In this document: positions 53,122 to 64,000 of the stretch, in pieces | Position numbering within the stretch: the first letter of the stretch is position 1 | How the letters are laid out: every line of letters begins with the position of its first letter | Assembly: GCA_963752595.1 (NCBI GenBank) | Contig: CAVVYZ010000017.1 | Coordinates: 160,001-224,000, forward strand | Direction of reading: 5' to 3' | Source of the DNA: an uncultured delta proteobacterium | GTDB taxonomy: Bacteria > Desulfobacterota > Desulfomonilia > UBA1062 | Length of the DNA stretch: 64,000 nucleotides | Notes under the pieces: model-generated | What the model was told of the DNA's origin: nothing | Database searches by the model: none | The model's input: the letters and a program-made list of their open reading frames with translations, nothing else | Made by a program: the position numbers and the translations under genes

Positions 53122-53423
53122 CGCGCCCCCCCGATATCTCCTTTCCTGCTTATCTTTGAAGGGGTTATGAAAAACAGAAGCAGTTGCCTTGCAATGAAAA
53201 AGCCTGTGATGCACGCGATGTATCCGGTCAGCCGGCCTTGGGAGACCAGGAAAAAAAGGACCAGAACGATACCGGCACGCACAACGAAACTGCCTATGAG
53301 GAAAAGGCCGGGTCTCTGCTTCGAACGTATACGCCTGACGGTGAGCATAAGACCCATAAAATAGCCGAATCCGGCTCCGACTCCTGTCAGGAATACGAGA
53401 AAGAGCGGTAAAGAATCATGCAT
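53109..53423 (-). CDS. atpR: N-ATPase AtpR
   Basis: YFMGL..TV, SFVVR, GFFIAR; position in atpDCQRBEFAG. Confidence 0.8.
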   Translation of the reverse strand: MHDSLPLFLVFLTGVGAGFGYFMGLMLTVRRIRSKQRPGLFLIGSFVVRAGIVLVLFFLVSQGRLTGYIACITGFFIARQLLLFFITPSKISRKGDIGGARWIS

Positions 53424-53441
53424 AATCTATAGCGTTCCTTT

Positions 53442-53760
53442 CTATGCATCTCTTTTTGCTTTCCTGATCTTAAGCATTGCTTTCACCCAGAACCACGCGT
53501 TCAGGCAGCCGAGAGTAAGCCCGATAAAGAGCATCGTCAGGGTCCATGAATGCGTACCGGGCACCTTGGCATCCATCCATGTTCCGAGCGCGATCCCCAG
53601 GAGGGTTGGGATGGCGATTGACCATCCCACAAGCCCGATCATCCCCAAACCGTATATCAGGGTGATCTTACCGGCGCGTTCGGCTTTTTCCCGCCGTATC
53701 TTTTTGGTGTTAATCTGTCTGATGAACCCCTTTTCTCTCTTCTCCTTTTTTTCCTGGAAA

Positions 53761-53768
<8 letters not shown>
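53442..53768 (-). CDS. atpQ: N-ATPase AtpQ (AtpI/AtpZ-like)
   Basis: GMIGLVGWSIAIP, GCLNAW; operon position. Confidence 0.82.
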
Positions 53769-55588
<1,820 letters not shown>

Positions 55589-56017
55589 TCATGAAAGAAT
55601 CCCAATGCACAAGGATTCGCATCATGATCAGGCCGTCCTATTACATCATCTTTAAGGCCGGCTCGCCTACTAGGCGTTTTCCGGAAAATGTATTCATCCC
55701 TTCATTGGATCAACATCAAGGGATCTCCCTGTACAAGAGGGTTTCCCCTAAAAGGCAGTAAGCGAGAAGGTCATTGATGACACGAAAGGTCTTCATAAAG
55801 AGAACCCGTTCTTAGATTCATGAATAGGGCTATACACAAGATTCTCAATTCTTTCCTGCCAGGCCGGGTTTTACTCTTCAGTGGCAGGTGATATTACTGC
55901 AGGTGCAGTTCTTTGACCCGAAACCTTCGGACCGGTAATCTTCCCGTACGGACATAGAGGATGTTTATTGCTTTCTTATGAAGGCCTGTTTCAAACGGAA
56001 TATCTGTTGCAATTCAT

Positions 56018-56095
56018 TATACTCGAGAGTATATTATCAATGAGTTACAGTCACTTACATGATTATAAATTACTATAAGCATTGATTGTTATCAA
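56018..56095. promoter_or_regulatory. AT-rich regulatory cluster upstream of atpD: palindrome, IHF-consensus site, FNR-consensus box
   Basis: TATACTC-GA-GAGTATA (56018-56033), TATCAA-TGAG-TTA (56035-56047), TTGAT-TGTT-ATCAA (56082-56095). Confidence 0.5.
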
Positions 56096-56396
56096 TCATT
56101 ATTGACACTCATATTATATATGTTCTACCTATCCATATAGGTAGCTTGCTTTACAGTTATATAGATTAATTTATTGCCACTTAAATATCTAACAAGCAAC
56201 ATAGCTATAAACTTTAACACTGTTTTCTTTCCTGTATCCTGAAATACAAAAGGTACGGTTTTTTCTTGATGCATGAAAAGGATTTTCGGAGCCTTACCGG
56301 TGTGTGCTCCGGTCTTCAAAGGAGCTCGTTCATATATCCCTGGGGTGTATATGCCGAGCCTCTCGAAAACAAAGAATTCATATATTCAGAAGAACG

Positions 56397-56422
56397 GGAT
56401 TCCCGCTTACACCGGAATGACA
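56397..56422 (+). repeat. Degenerate REP-like palindrome
   Basis: GGATTCCCGCTTACACCGGAATGACA resembles the widespread GGATTCCCGC..CGCGGGAATGAC intergenic repeat; single clear copy in the window. Confidence 0.45.
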
Positions 56423-56559
56423 GGGAGATTCCTGGATCATCTAGGCCGACATGACATATACACTTTTCCTGGAGGCGGAGAAAACCCGGTGATTTCCACC
56501 GGGTCGAACTCCCCCCACAAAGAGATGCTGAAATGGCCGGGTCGAGATTCTGATGTTCC

Positions 56560-57327
56560 TTACTGCCCGGCCAGTCGGCAGGTTTTATCGCCGTTTCCTC
56601 CAGATCTCAAGTCGTCTGAGCTCATGATGGCAATATCCTGGTCCTGCAGGAATTGCTTCATCTTCTGGAGCGATCTTACCTGGAGCTGTCTTACCCGCTC
56701 CTGGCTCAAACCAAGCTGCGAACCGATTTCCATGAGGGTAACAGGCGGGTCCGAATAGAACCGTTTCAGAATGATGAACAACTCCCTCCGTGTCAGCATC
56801 GTAAAGCCCTGCTGAAAGAGAAAAGATACCTGACGGGATATTTCTCTGCCGGAGTAGAGCGATTCCAGATCGAAATCATCAGTCAGATAATCCACCCAGC
56901 GATCAGTTTCGCTGGGATCGCCTGCTATGGTCTCATCAAGAGAAAGGAGATCTTTTGTATGTCGTAAGGTCCCCGTCCGGATCTTACTGCTTTTGCGGAT
57001 AAAATCCTTTATGGATGCCTCGATCCACCAAACGGCATAATAAATGAAGTGTACTCCGCGATCGGGATCGAACCGGGTAAGGGCTTTCATGAGGCCCAAG
57101 TTGCCTTCCTGGACGATCTCAAGGTAATTATGGCCGCTATTGAAATACTTCTGGCTTACCTTTACAACGAACCTCAAGTTTGCATGGATTATCTTTTGGC
57201 CAGCATGCACGTCACCCTGCTGGTACTGTTTCGCAAGTTTATACTCCTCTTCTGGCGTTAAGAGAGGGTATCTTCTTATTTTTCTTAAATACAGCTGTAA
57301 TTCTGAATAATCATGTCTGTTTGCCAT
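56560..57327 (-). CDS. RpoH-like sigma70-family factor with shortened region 3
   Basis: LYL..IRRYPLLTPEEE, ANLRFVV, QEGNLGLMKA..RFDPDRG, YAVWWI, LSQERVRQLQ. Confidence 0.9.
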   Translation of the reverse strand: MANRHDYSELQLYLRKIRRYPLLTPEEEYKLAKQYQQGDVHAGQKIIHANLRFVVKVSQKYFNSGHNYLEIVQEGNLGLMKALTRFDPDRGVHFIYYAVWWIEASIKDFIRKSSKIRTGTLRHTKDLLSLDETIAGDPSETDRWVDYLTDDFDLESLYSGREISRQVSFLFQQGFTMLTRRELFIILKRFYSDPPVTLMEIGSQLGLSQERVRQLQVRSLQKMKQFLQDQDIAIMSSDDLRSGGNGDKTCRLAGQ

Positions 57328-59133
57328 ATATATTTACCTTTCCTGAAAGTAGCTTCACGGATTCTATGAGTTCTTCTGGTTGATGACTTTTACCATTTGC
57401 CTTATATCGCCTAATTGTTCGCCGGCCGGGGATAACCGTCTCGATGAGATGGGCTGTCTCCGGGTATGTCTCTTTTAATGCTTTCTCTATATGCTCAGCG
57501 GTGACCAGACGGGATTCTGAATAATCCTGTCCCTGCTCGATTACGTGTAACAGCTTCATGAGGTGCTTCTCGAAGTCACCCTTCAAGAACTGTGGATGAC
57601 TGCAGAGAGAAAGGATCGCGTGCCGTGCGGATATGTGGAAAAACTTCTTGCTGTTGAGCGTTCGTATTTTATCAAAGGACGGCTCTTTCGGTATCCTGCC
57701 GACTGCAAGTTCCTCCTTGTTGCATGGGCGTCCGACGAGATAGGGAAAGTCCGGGTCTACAAAAGAGAGAATGGAATATTCGCACGCACTGCCGGTTATT
57801 ATGATGGTTGTATTGAGGGGGGTTGCCCCGGATCCGGGCTTCCGGAAGCGAATGTGCCTCCATGCGGAACAGCATGGGTGAAGTTGAGTTCTTTTTGGGA
57901 GATACTACTTTTCAATAACTCCCAGAGATGGAACTGTCGCAGTATCCAGGATGCCTCCAGTATCAGGATCCCCCCATTGGCTTCATGCAGGGCACCGGCT
58001 TTTGCCATGGTAAAGTCTACCCGAGAAAGGGGAAGGGCCTTGGGAGACGAAGTACTGCAGCGTCCGAATAAGTCCTCGAACCCTGCATCCCTGGCAAAGA
58101 CCAGTGGACGGTGCCTCTTGTTTGCCCTGCTCACCAGGACATTTACCGTATAGGGTGAATACAGGCCTTCGCGGGAGGTACCCGCCTTGACTTCCAAGGG
58201 GGCGGGAAGAGAAGTTCCCTCTGCCGGCAAAGTGAAGATCTGGAGATTCCTAAGGATATCTTCCTCCACGTCCTCAAGATAAACGAGTATCCTCGGCATC
58301 TTGCGGTACTTTTTCCTGAGTCTGGCCATGAGAGGGGAAACCCCTTCCCTTGCCTTATCCTTGGTGAATGCATCGAGCTCTTCAGTGCACTTCTTCTTGA
58401 GCGACCTGATCCGGTCGCGGATGAGGCGGTAATCTACGGGTTGAGGCTGGTCGAAAATTGCAACAGCGCTGTTGGCTGCCGGTGTCCTTCCTATTCCGGA
58501 AAACGCTACAACCGGCTCGGTATAACTCTCCGCAATGGGGGCTTTCGATACCTCCCTTGTAATCCTATTATAGTTATAGAGAGATCCTCTGCTGAGGCTC
58601 TGGTAGAGAGGCCGGACAGCGGCCTGTTCCTGCTGGTCATAGCTCAGCATCAACATGTGAACCTTTTTCTGGAAATGATCCGAAAGCAGGATGTTTCGGA
58701 GTCGTTGCCGTGCTTCATCGATGAAGTGCTCCATCTCAGAAAGGAACCGGGGGCCTTCCCCTGCAGGAAGGGCAATGACCCTTGGCCGCGACTCTACCTG
58801 GAAGTTATGGACACAGCACCAATCGCAGGGTTCCGGAAGTGTCCTTCCAAGGAACTTTAAACCGTCGATGAACTCCCTGATGTAGGGAAGATGCTCTTTT
58901 TGAGAGAGGAGAAACAGGAAATCCGCTTCCTTTTCAAAGAGCTTAGTCCATTTCTGAGTAAAAAATTGAAGCGGGTATTGCGCTAATTTTCCGAAAATAT
59001 TGTATATTATTCCTGACAATTTATTCTTTCCCCTTATATATACTTGACTTGCGCCGAGCTGCTTTGCCTTTGCTTCCGGGCGCGGAGGATGATGGCTTGG
59101 ACCATGATAAACCTCCTTCTGCCGCGGAATCAT
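57311..59133 (-). CDS. LonC/LonB-like AAA-region protein lacking the protease domain; frameshift near 57825 (true start possibly 59105)
   Basis: DWCCVHNF, LPAGEG, YTVNVLV, KAGALHEANGGILIL; after the shift PLNTTIIITG..Y..DPDF...VTAEHIEKAL; ends overlapping the sigma gene start. Confidence 0.72.
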
Positions 59134-59194
59134 TTTCCGCGTCCCAACGGATTTCGAGAAGGCTTCATGGAGCATGACCGTCTCAATGGTCAAA

Positions 59195-59461
59195 TCAGTC
59201 GAATAATTCAGGGAAACTTTCCCTGACGTCACGAGGGTGCTTGAATTTGATCCGACCATGTAAAAACATGCTGGAGATCTTTTTGGCGATAAGCCTGTCC
59301 TGCGCCGGAATGGATTTCTCTTGGACAGATCGGGAAAAGCGAAAGCCTGAAGTATTGTCGATGCTCTCGCTGATAGCCTCCATGAGGTCATAGAGGGTGG
59401 TGGTGATTTCTACTGTTTTGCTCCTCGATCCTAATGAACTATAACCACTATGTATGCTCAT
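59195..59461 (-). CDS. Small hypothetical protein (88 aa), first gene of the sigma operon
   Basis: SD AGGAGG; TTLYDLMEAI...GRIKF. Confidence 0.7.
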   Translation of the reverse strand: MSIHSGYSSLGSRSKTVEITTTLYDLMEAISESIDNTSGFRFSRSVQEKSIPAQDRLIAKKISSMFLHGRIKFKHPRDVRESFPELFD

Positions 59462-59545
59462 AGTAAATCCTCCTATGGTCTCTGTTGATGTTCCGGGCAT
59501 TCATCTTTTTGTTCATGATGAAACCCATGCGTCACATCCTCTTTA

Positions 59546-59561
59546 TTCAAATGCTGTGCCG
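59546..59561 (-). promoter_or_regulatory. sigma54-like element for the small protein-LonC-like-sigma operon
   Basis: Minus strand CGGCAC-AGCAT-TTGAA. Confidence 0.55.
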
Positions 59562-59646
59562 ACATTGTGGAATAGAAATAAATCATACAAATCCAAAGAG
59601 ATAAAAAAGGAAGCTCTGAAATACAGATCTCCCACACACTGATTGC

Positions 59647-59684
59647 TGTCCTGTGAAGCGGGATAAGTCCTCTCTGATGAGAAT
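59647..59684. promoter_or_regulatory. Tandem enhancer-like boxes
   Basis: TGTCC-TGTGAAGCG-GGATA and AGTCC-TCTCTGATG-AGAAT. Confidence 0.55.
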
Positions 59685-59958
59685 CTCACTCGTGGTGATG
59701 CAAATTTGGCCCAATTCCCGACATGTTAGGCATATTGATCATGCATGTCTTTTTCTCATGTCTTTGTAATTATTAGATGCATCCGTTCTACCATCCGGCA
59801 TTTTGAAAACCGGTTCCTGTCTGAAGATTTTTAGAAATTATCAGTGTCGGTAGTAAAATAATGAGTGTGCGAACAATTACCGGTCAGTCCCAGGATACCC
59901 TCTCTTCAATGATTTTTTAAACCGGTTTTATTATTCCTGTGGTTCAGGGCAGCGCGGG

Positions 59959-60201
59959 TTACATGTGCCTTGAGAGATCATGTTTATGGAGCAGAGCATA
60001 CAATCTGGACCGGGACAGACCGGATATCCTGCATGCATTCGATACATCACCAGAGGTACATTTCATGAGTTCCATGAGATAAAAACGCTCCACCTCTGTA
60101 ATATACCGGCTACGGATCGGACGCAGCCGGGGAAGGTCGGGTGATGGCGACCGATTTACCTTTGTGAGGATCTGATTGAATGACGGCTTACGAATGTCCA
60201 T
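59959..60201 (-). CDS. Stand-alone Fis-type HTH protein matching the C-terminus of the adjacent activator
   Basis: 80 aa; shares ACRISGLSRSRLYALL exactly with 60468-61871. Confidence 0.75.
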   Translation of the reverse strand: MDIRKPSFNQILTKVNRSPSPDLPRLRPIRSRYITEVERFYLMELMKCTSGDVSNACRISGLSRSRLYALLHKHDLSRHM

Positions 60202-60214
60202 ACATCACAGCTAT

Positions 60215-60230
60215 AACAAGGTATATGCCA
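60215..60230 (-). promoter_or_regulatory. sigma54-like element for the HTH-only gene
   Basis: Minus strand TGGCAT-ATACC-TTGTT. Confidence 0.55.
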
Positions 60231-60467
60231 ACAGCATCATACCGAACGAAAAAAGATCAATTAATATAATTATATCAAATGGATAGAAGCATTAAAACTC
60301 TTCCGGAAGCATACAAAAATATGTGATGCCCGCTGTGCACTTTTCCTGTTTGCGAATACGAAAAGCAAAGGAGTTTCTTGATCAAGCAATGTTCTGCGGG
60401 CAAAACATCCCTGTTTCGGAAATCCTGTTTTTTAATAATAGGGTAATCTGGTCAGGAAACGGGAGGA

Positions 60468-61871
60468 TCAGGAGATCTCGTACCTTTTCAGCAGAGCATA
60501 AAGCCGCGAGCGGGAGAGTCCGGAAATCCTGCAAGCTGTCTTGATGTCGGACTTTGTCTGGCGCAGGAGCTCCTTGAGGTACTGCTCCTCGATCTCGCTC
60601 ACTGCCTCTTCCCGTACATCCTTGAGGTTGGGCAAACTGTTGTCTCCTGAAACTTTCAGGGTTTCGGGGTTAAGCTGCTTTTTGGCAGCGGCATTCCGCT
60701 TTACCTGGACATGGATGTGGTAGGGAAGGTGTTTCGGTACGAGGATCGGGCTGTCATGGGCTACGGCCAATGCGCTCTCAAGGGCATGGATGATCTCCCG
60801 GACGTTGCCGGGCCATGAGTACTGCAGAAGGATGTCGCGGAAGGCCGCACTGACTCGTTTCGGCTTTATCCCGTATTTTTTGCTGTGCCGCTTGAGATAA
60901 TGGTTGGTCAGCTCCTGGATGTCCTCGGGACGCTCTCTTAAAGGAGGCAGGTCGATACTGATGGACCTGAGCCTGAAGAGGAGATCCTTCCTGAACCTCT
61001 TGCTCTGCACCAGATCATTCAGATCACGATTCGTGGCGCAAATAACCCGGAAATCGCTTTCCACCTCGCTCGATTTACCGATGGGCCGGAAGCGTCCTTC
61101 CTGCAGGACGCGCAGGAATTTTTTCTGGATGGAAAGGGGAAGCTCTCCCACTTCATCCAGGAACAGGGTTCCCTTATGGGCCTGGCTTACCAAGCCGGGT
61201 TGGGCTTTATCGGCACCTGTATACGAGCCTTTCTCGTACCCGAAAAGAATGCTTTCCACGAGGTTGGGAGGGAGCGCGGCGCAGTCGACAACCACAAAAT
61301 CGTTCCCTGCCCGGAGCGAGTGATTGTGGATTGCCCGGGCAAAAAGCTCTTTGCCGGTGCCTGTCTCGCCGGTAATCAGGACACTCGCATCATTGGAAAG
61401 CGTCTTGCTCAAGAGCGTAAGGCATTTCTTCATCCCGGAGCTGTGCCCGAGAATCCCTTCCTTCTCGAAATCCAGTACCGTTTGGGGCAGGGTGTTGCTT
61501 TCGTGGTAGAGGATCGCATCTTTGAGAAGCTGCGTCAGATCATTCTTGGAAAAAGGCTTTTCTATATAATCCCATGCACCCCGGGAAAGTGCAAGTTCCA
61601 CAGACTCAGGATCGCCGTAGGCGGTTATGACGATTACCTCGGGGGATCCGCTGTTCCGGCAGACTTGAGGAAGAATATCGATGCCGTTTCCGTCCGGCAT
61701 GCGGACGTCAAGGAAGACGACATCATAGGCATCTGCCCGAACCGCATCGAGGCCCTCCTCGAGGGTAAAGGCCTGATTGCTGTTATATCCCAGGATGCGG
61801 GATACATTTGCAATAGAGCTGCAAACAAGCCTGTCATCATCGATTACGAGGATTTTTTTACGTTCTTCCAT
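60468..61871 (-). CDS. NtrC-family sigma54-dependent response regulator
   Basis: ILVIDDD, LDVRMPDG, GETGTGKE, GSYTGA loop variant, WPGNVRE, C-terminal HTH. Confidence 0.94.
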   Translation of the reverse strand: MEERKKILVIDDDRLVCSSIANVSRILGYNSNQAFTLEEGLDAVRADAYDVVFLDVRMPDGNGIDILPQVCRNSGSPEVIVITAYGDPESVELALSRGAWDYIEKPFSKNDLTQLLKDAILYHESNTLPQTVLDFEKEGILGHSSGMKKCLTLLSKTLSNDASVLITGETGTGKELFARAIHNHSLRAGNDFVVVDCAALPPNLVESILFGYEKGSYTGADKAQPGLVSQAHKGTLFLDEVGELPLSIQKKFLRVLQEGRFRPIGKSSEVESDFRVICATNRDLNDLVQSKRFRKDLLFRLRSISIDLPPLRERPEDIQELTNHYLKRHSKKYGIKPKRVSAAFRDILLQYSWPGNVREIIHALESALAVAHDSPILVPKHLPYHIHVQVKRNAAAKKQLNPETLKVSGDNSLPNLKDVREEAVSEIEEQYLKELLRQTKSDIKTACRISGLSRSRLYALLKRYEIS

Positions 61872-61893
61872 GCGTAATTCTCATAAGACTGTT

Positions 61894-64000
61894 TTATTGA
61901 AATGTAAAGCTTTCTCGGTTGAGCGCCCGGGCAATGGTTTCAGCCAGAAGGGATGTGGAAAAGGGCTTGGAAAGATAGGCAAAAAAACGGGCAGGACGAG
62001 ACTCAAGCTCCTGTAATGCCTCTTCCGATCCGGAACAGATAATGACGGGAAGGTCCTTACGGACCTCGATCATTTTCGAGGCCATTTCGTCGCCTTTTAT
62101 GACCGGCATGATCTGGTCTGTGATGAGCAGATCGAATGCCTCAGGTGTCTTCTGGAAAAGATCGAGGGCCTTGAGCGAGTCGTTCGTCGATGCGACGCGG
62201 TAACCCATCCGCACGAGCATATGGTGGATGCTGCGCAGCTCCATGGCATTGTCATCGACCAGGAGAACCCTTCCCTTGCGGTCTCCTCCGGGGTGGAGTA
62301 TTTCCGATGTGCGTTCACCCGAAGACTCTTCCCTCTCCCCGAGATGCTTCGGAAGGTATACCTCGAAGGATGATCCCTTCCGGGGCTTGCTGTGGACGAT
62401 GATGGAGCCTCCTGCATTCTTGACTACCGCGTGAACGACACCGAGGCCTAAGCCCGATCCCTTGCCGGACTTCTTGGTGGTGAAGAGCGGATCAAAGATC
62501 TGCTCCATGACTTCTGTGGTCATGCCGGAACCGGTATCTTTGATGGTGAGCTTCAGGTACTCCCCGGGACCCAGGATGGAAACTGATGCAGGGGTGGCGG
62601 TATGGATTTCGGTTTCCTCGAGCCTTACTGTAAGAGTGCCCTGTCCCTCTTCCATGGCCTGTACCGCATTCATGCAGAGATTGGTGAGGAGCTGGTAAAA
62701 CTGGGGCGGGTCGGTCCTCACAAGACCCTTGGTTGAGGCGATCTTCTGCCTAAGCGTGATGCGGGGAGGGAGGGATTGGCCGATGATCCTCAAGGCGTCC
62801 CGTACGACAGGTTCTATGGCAACGGGCTTGAAGAGCAACTTTTTTTTGACCCCGAACATTTTGATCTGGTTCGTGATATCCTTCCCGATCCGTGCCGCCT
62901 CGATTATCTGGTTGAGGTACTCCCGTTCAGGGGCATTCTGGGGAAGCGTATCAGCCACAAGCTCTGCATTGATGAGGATGGGTTGGAGGATATTGATGAA
63001 ATCATGGGCGATGCCTCCTGCAAGCATGCCGAGTGCCTCCATCCTTCTTTTGCGCTCAAGGGCATTCTGCAGGGCCCTTTCATCCGTAACATCGTGTTCG
63101 ATGATCGTATAATTCGTAATCTGTCCTCCATCATCGCCTATGGGAGAGATGATGATGTCCAGTTCACGCTTTGAGCCGTCATGACTCGTCCTCTTGATAA
63201 AGCCCCTCCATGGTTTGTCCCCGATCTCTTTTAAGGAGACTACGCCTTCGGGTGCATCATCAGGGGAGGCATGCTTTTCATATGGTTTGCCCGAAAGTTC
63301 TTTGCGGGCGATTCCAAGTGATCGTTCCGCCGCCGTGTTAAGGTACTGGATCATCCCTTTTGAATCGAGGATGAAAATACTCTCGGTGGAGTTTTCAATG
63401 GCTGATATGAGGAGCTTTTTTTCCTGTTCGGTTTTCCGGTAATCGGTAATGTCTACGGATATGCCTCCGATGAGCTTCGGGAAGGTATTCCCGAGGATGG
63501 GAAACTTCTGGGTGAAAAAAGAGAGGCGTCGACCTCTGGCGGAAAATTCTTCAACCCTCTGCAGGTCTTTCCCTGTGGTCAGAACTTCCCTGTCGTCTTC
63601 GTGAATAACCTGTGCAATCTCACCGGACCAGAGGTCGCCGGCGGTTTTGCCGATGCACTCACTGACTGTTACCCCATAAATGTCTTCTATGTAATGATTA
63701 AGGTACAGAAACCGGCCCTGCTCATCCTTGAGATAGACCATTCCCGGAAAATGATCCATGAAGAGGGAAAACTGTTCCTCGCTTTGCCTCAAATCTTCTT
63801 CCAGGCGTTTGCGCTCATCAATCTCAAGCTTCAGGCGCCGGTTGGTCCTCAGGAGCTGGGCGGTACGGCGCCGGACTTCCCGTTCCAGTGTCAGGTGGGC
63901 ATCCTGAAGCACGGCTTCGGCTTCATGTTTCAAAATCAAGTCTTTATGCCGCTGAATAGCATTGCCCAGCACCACGGGGAGCAAATCCGGATATGCATCG
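61894..64000 (-). CDS. Hybrid PAS sensor histidine kinase with C-terminal receiver; 5' end outside the window
   Basis: Two PAS domains, GGIAHDF H-box, NAVQA, DTGSGM, GSGLGL, VLLVDD...TDQIMP. Confidence 0.92.
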   Translation of the reverse strand, partial: DAYPDLLPVVLGNAIQRHKDLILKHEAEAVLQDAHLTLEREVRRRTAQLLRTNRRLKLEIDERKRLEEDLRQSEEQFSLFMDHFPGMVYLKDEQGRFLYLNHYIEDIYGVTVSECIGKTAGDLWSGEIAQVIHEDDREVLTTGKDLQRVEEFSARGRRLSFFTQKFPILGNTFPKLIGGISVDITDYRKTEQEKKLLISAIENSTESIFILDSKGMIQYLNTAAERSLGIARKELSGKPYEKHASPDDAPEGVVSLKEIGDKPWRGFIKRTSHDGSKRELDIIISPIGDDGGQITNYTIIEHDVTDERALQNALERKRRMEALGMLAGGIAHDFINILQPILINAELVADTLPQNAPEREYLNQIIEAARIGKDITNQIKMFGVKKKLLFKPVAIEPVVRDALRIIGQSLPPRITLRQKIASTKGLVRTDPPQFYQLLTNLCMNAVQAMEEGQGTLTVRLEETEIHTATPASVSILGPGEYLKLTIKDTGSGMTTEVMEQIFDPLFTTKKSGKGSGLGLGVVHAVVKNAGGSIIVHSKPRKGSSFEVYLPKHLGEREESSGERTSEILHPGGDRKGRVLLVDDNAMELRSIHHMLVRMGYRVASTNDSLKALDLFQKTPEAFDLLITDQIMPVIKGDEMASKMIEVRKDLPVIICSGSEEALQELESRPARFFAYLSKPFSTSLLAETIARALNRESFTFQ

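Noticed and set aside
59134-59391. N-terminal extension of the 530-aa ORF-track call
   Set aside because: Overlaps the SD-supported small gene at 59195-59461 in another frame

Overview
GC-rich (roughly 55% by eye) chromosome segment, most likely from an anaerobic Desulfobacterota/deltaproteobacterium (inferred from gene content). About nine single-base frameshifts suggest long-read indel errors. Contents from left to right: (1) 1-13.9 kb: a minus-strand lipid/acyl-CoA operon (CxxC-less thioredoxin fold, acyl-CoA dehydrogenase, two SCP2 proteins, tungsten-type aldehyde:ferredoxin oxidoreductase, acyl-CoA ligase, two 2-hydroxyacyl-CoA dehydratase subunits). It sits behind a sigma54-like promoter with an enhancer array, next to a PAS kinase/NtrC-type pair and a thioesterase. 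(2) A tmRNA/tRNA-like 3' remnant and a PEP-CTERM gene. (3) 15-29 kb: a copper cluster (Cys/His-rich membrane protein, ABC exporter, two NosL proteins, CusAB, CotA-like multicopper oxidase) divergent from system II cytochrome c biogenesis genes. (4) Crotonase, nitroreductase, larCBE, yjbQ. (5) 36-64 kb: a stress-type island with UPF0182, a site-2 protease-CBS protein, a 16-gene run from a Na+-type N-ATPase to pfkB/fpg/galT/treT/polX, a shortened RpoH-like sigma factor coupled to a protease-less LonC-like gene, and a hybrid kinase/NtrC pair. Strongest new-looking signal: four sigma54-like promoters in this island are served by three tandem pairs of W(G/A)TCC-N9-GGA boxes. A fifth promoter precedes an 80-aa HTH-only protein whose recognition helix is identical to that of the neighbouring activator despite synonymous divergence. 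This is a candidate activator/decoy feedback circuit feeding a sigma-factor cascade.
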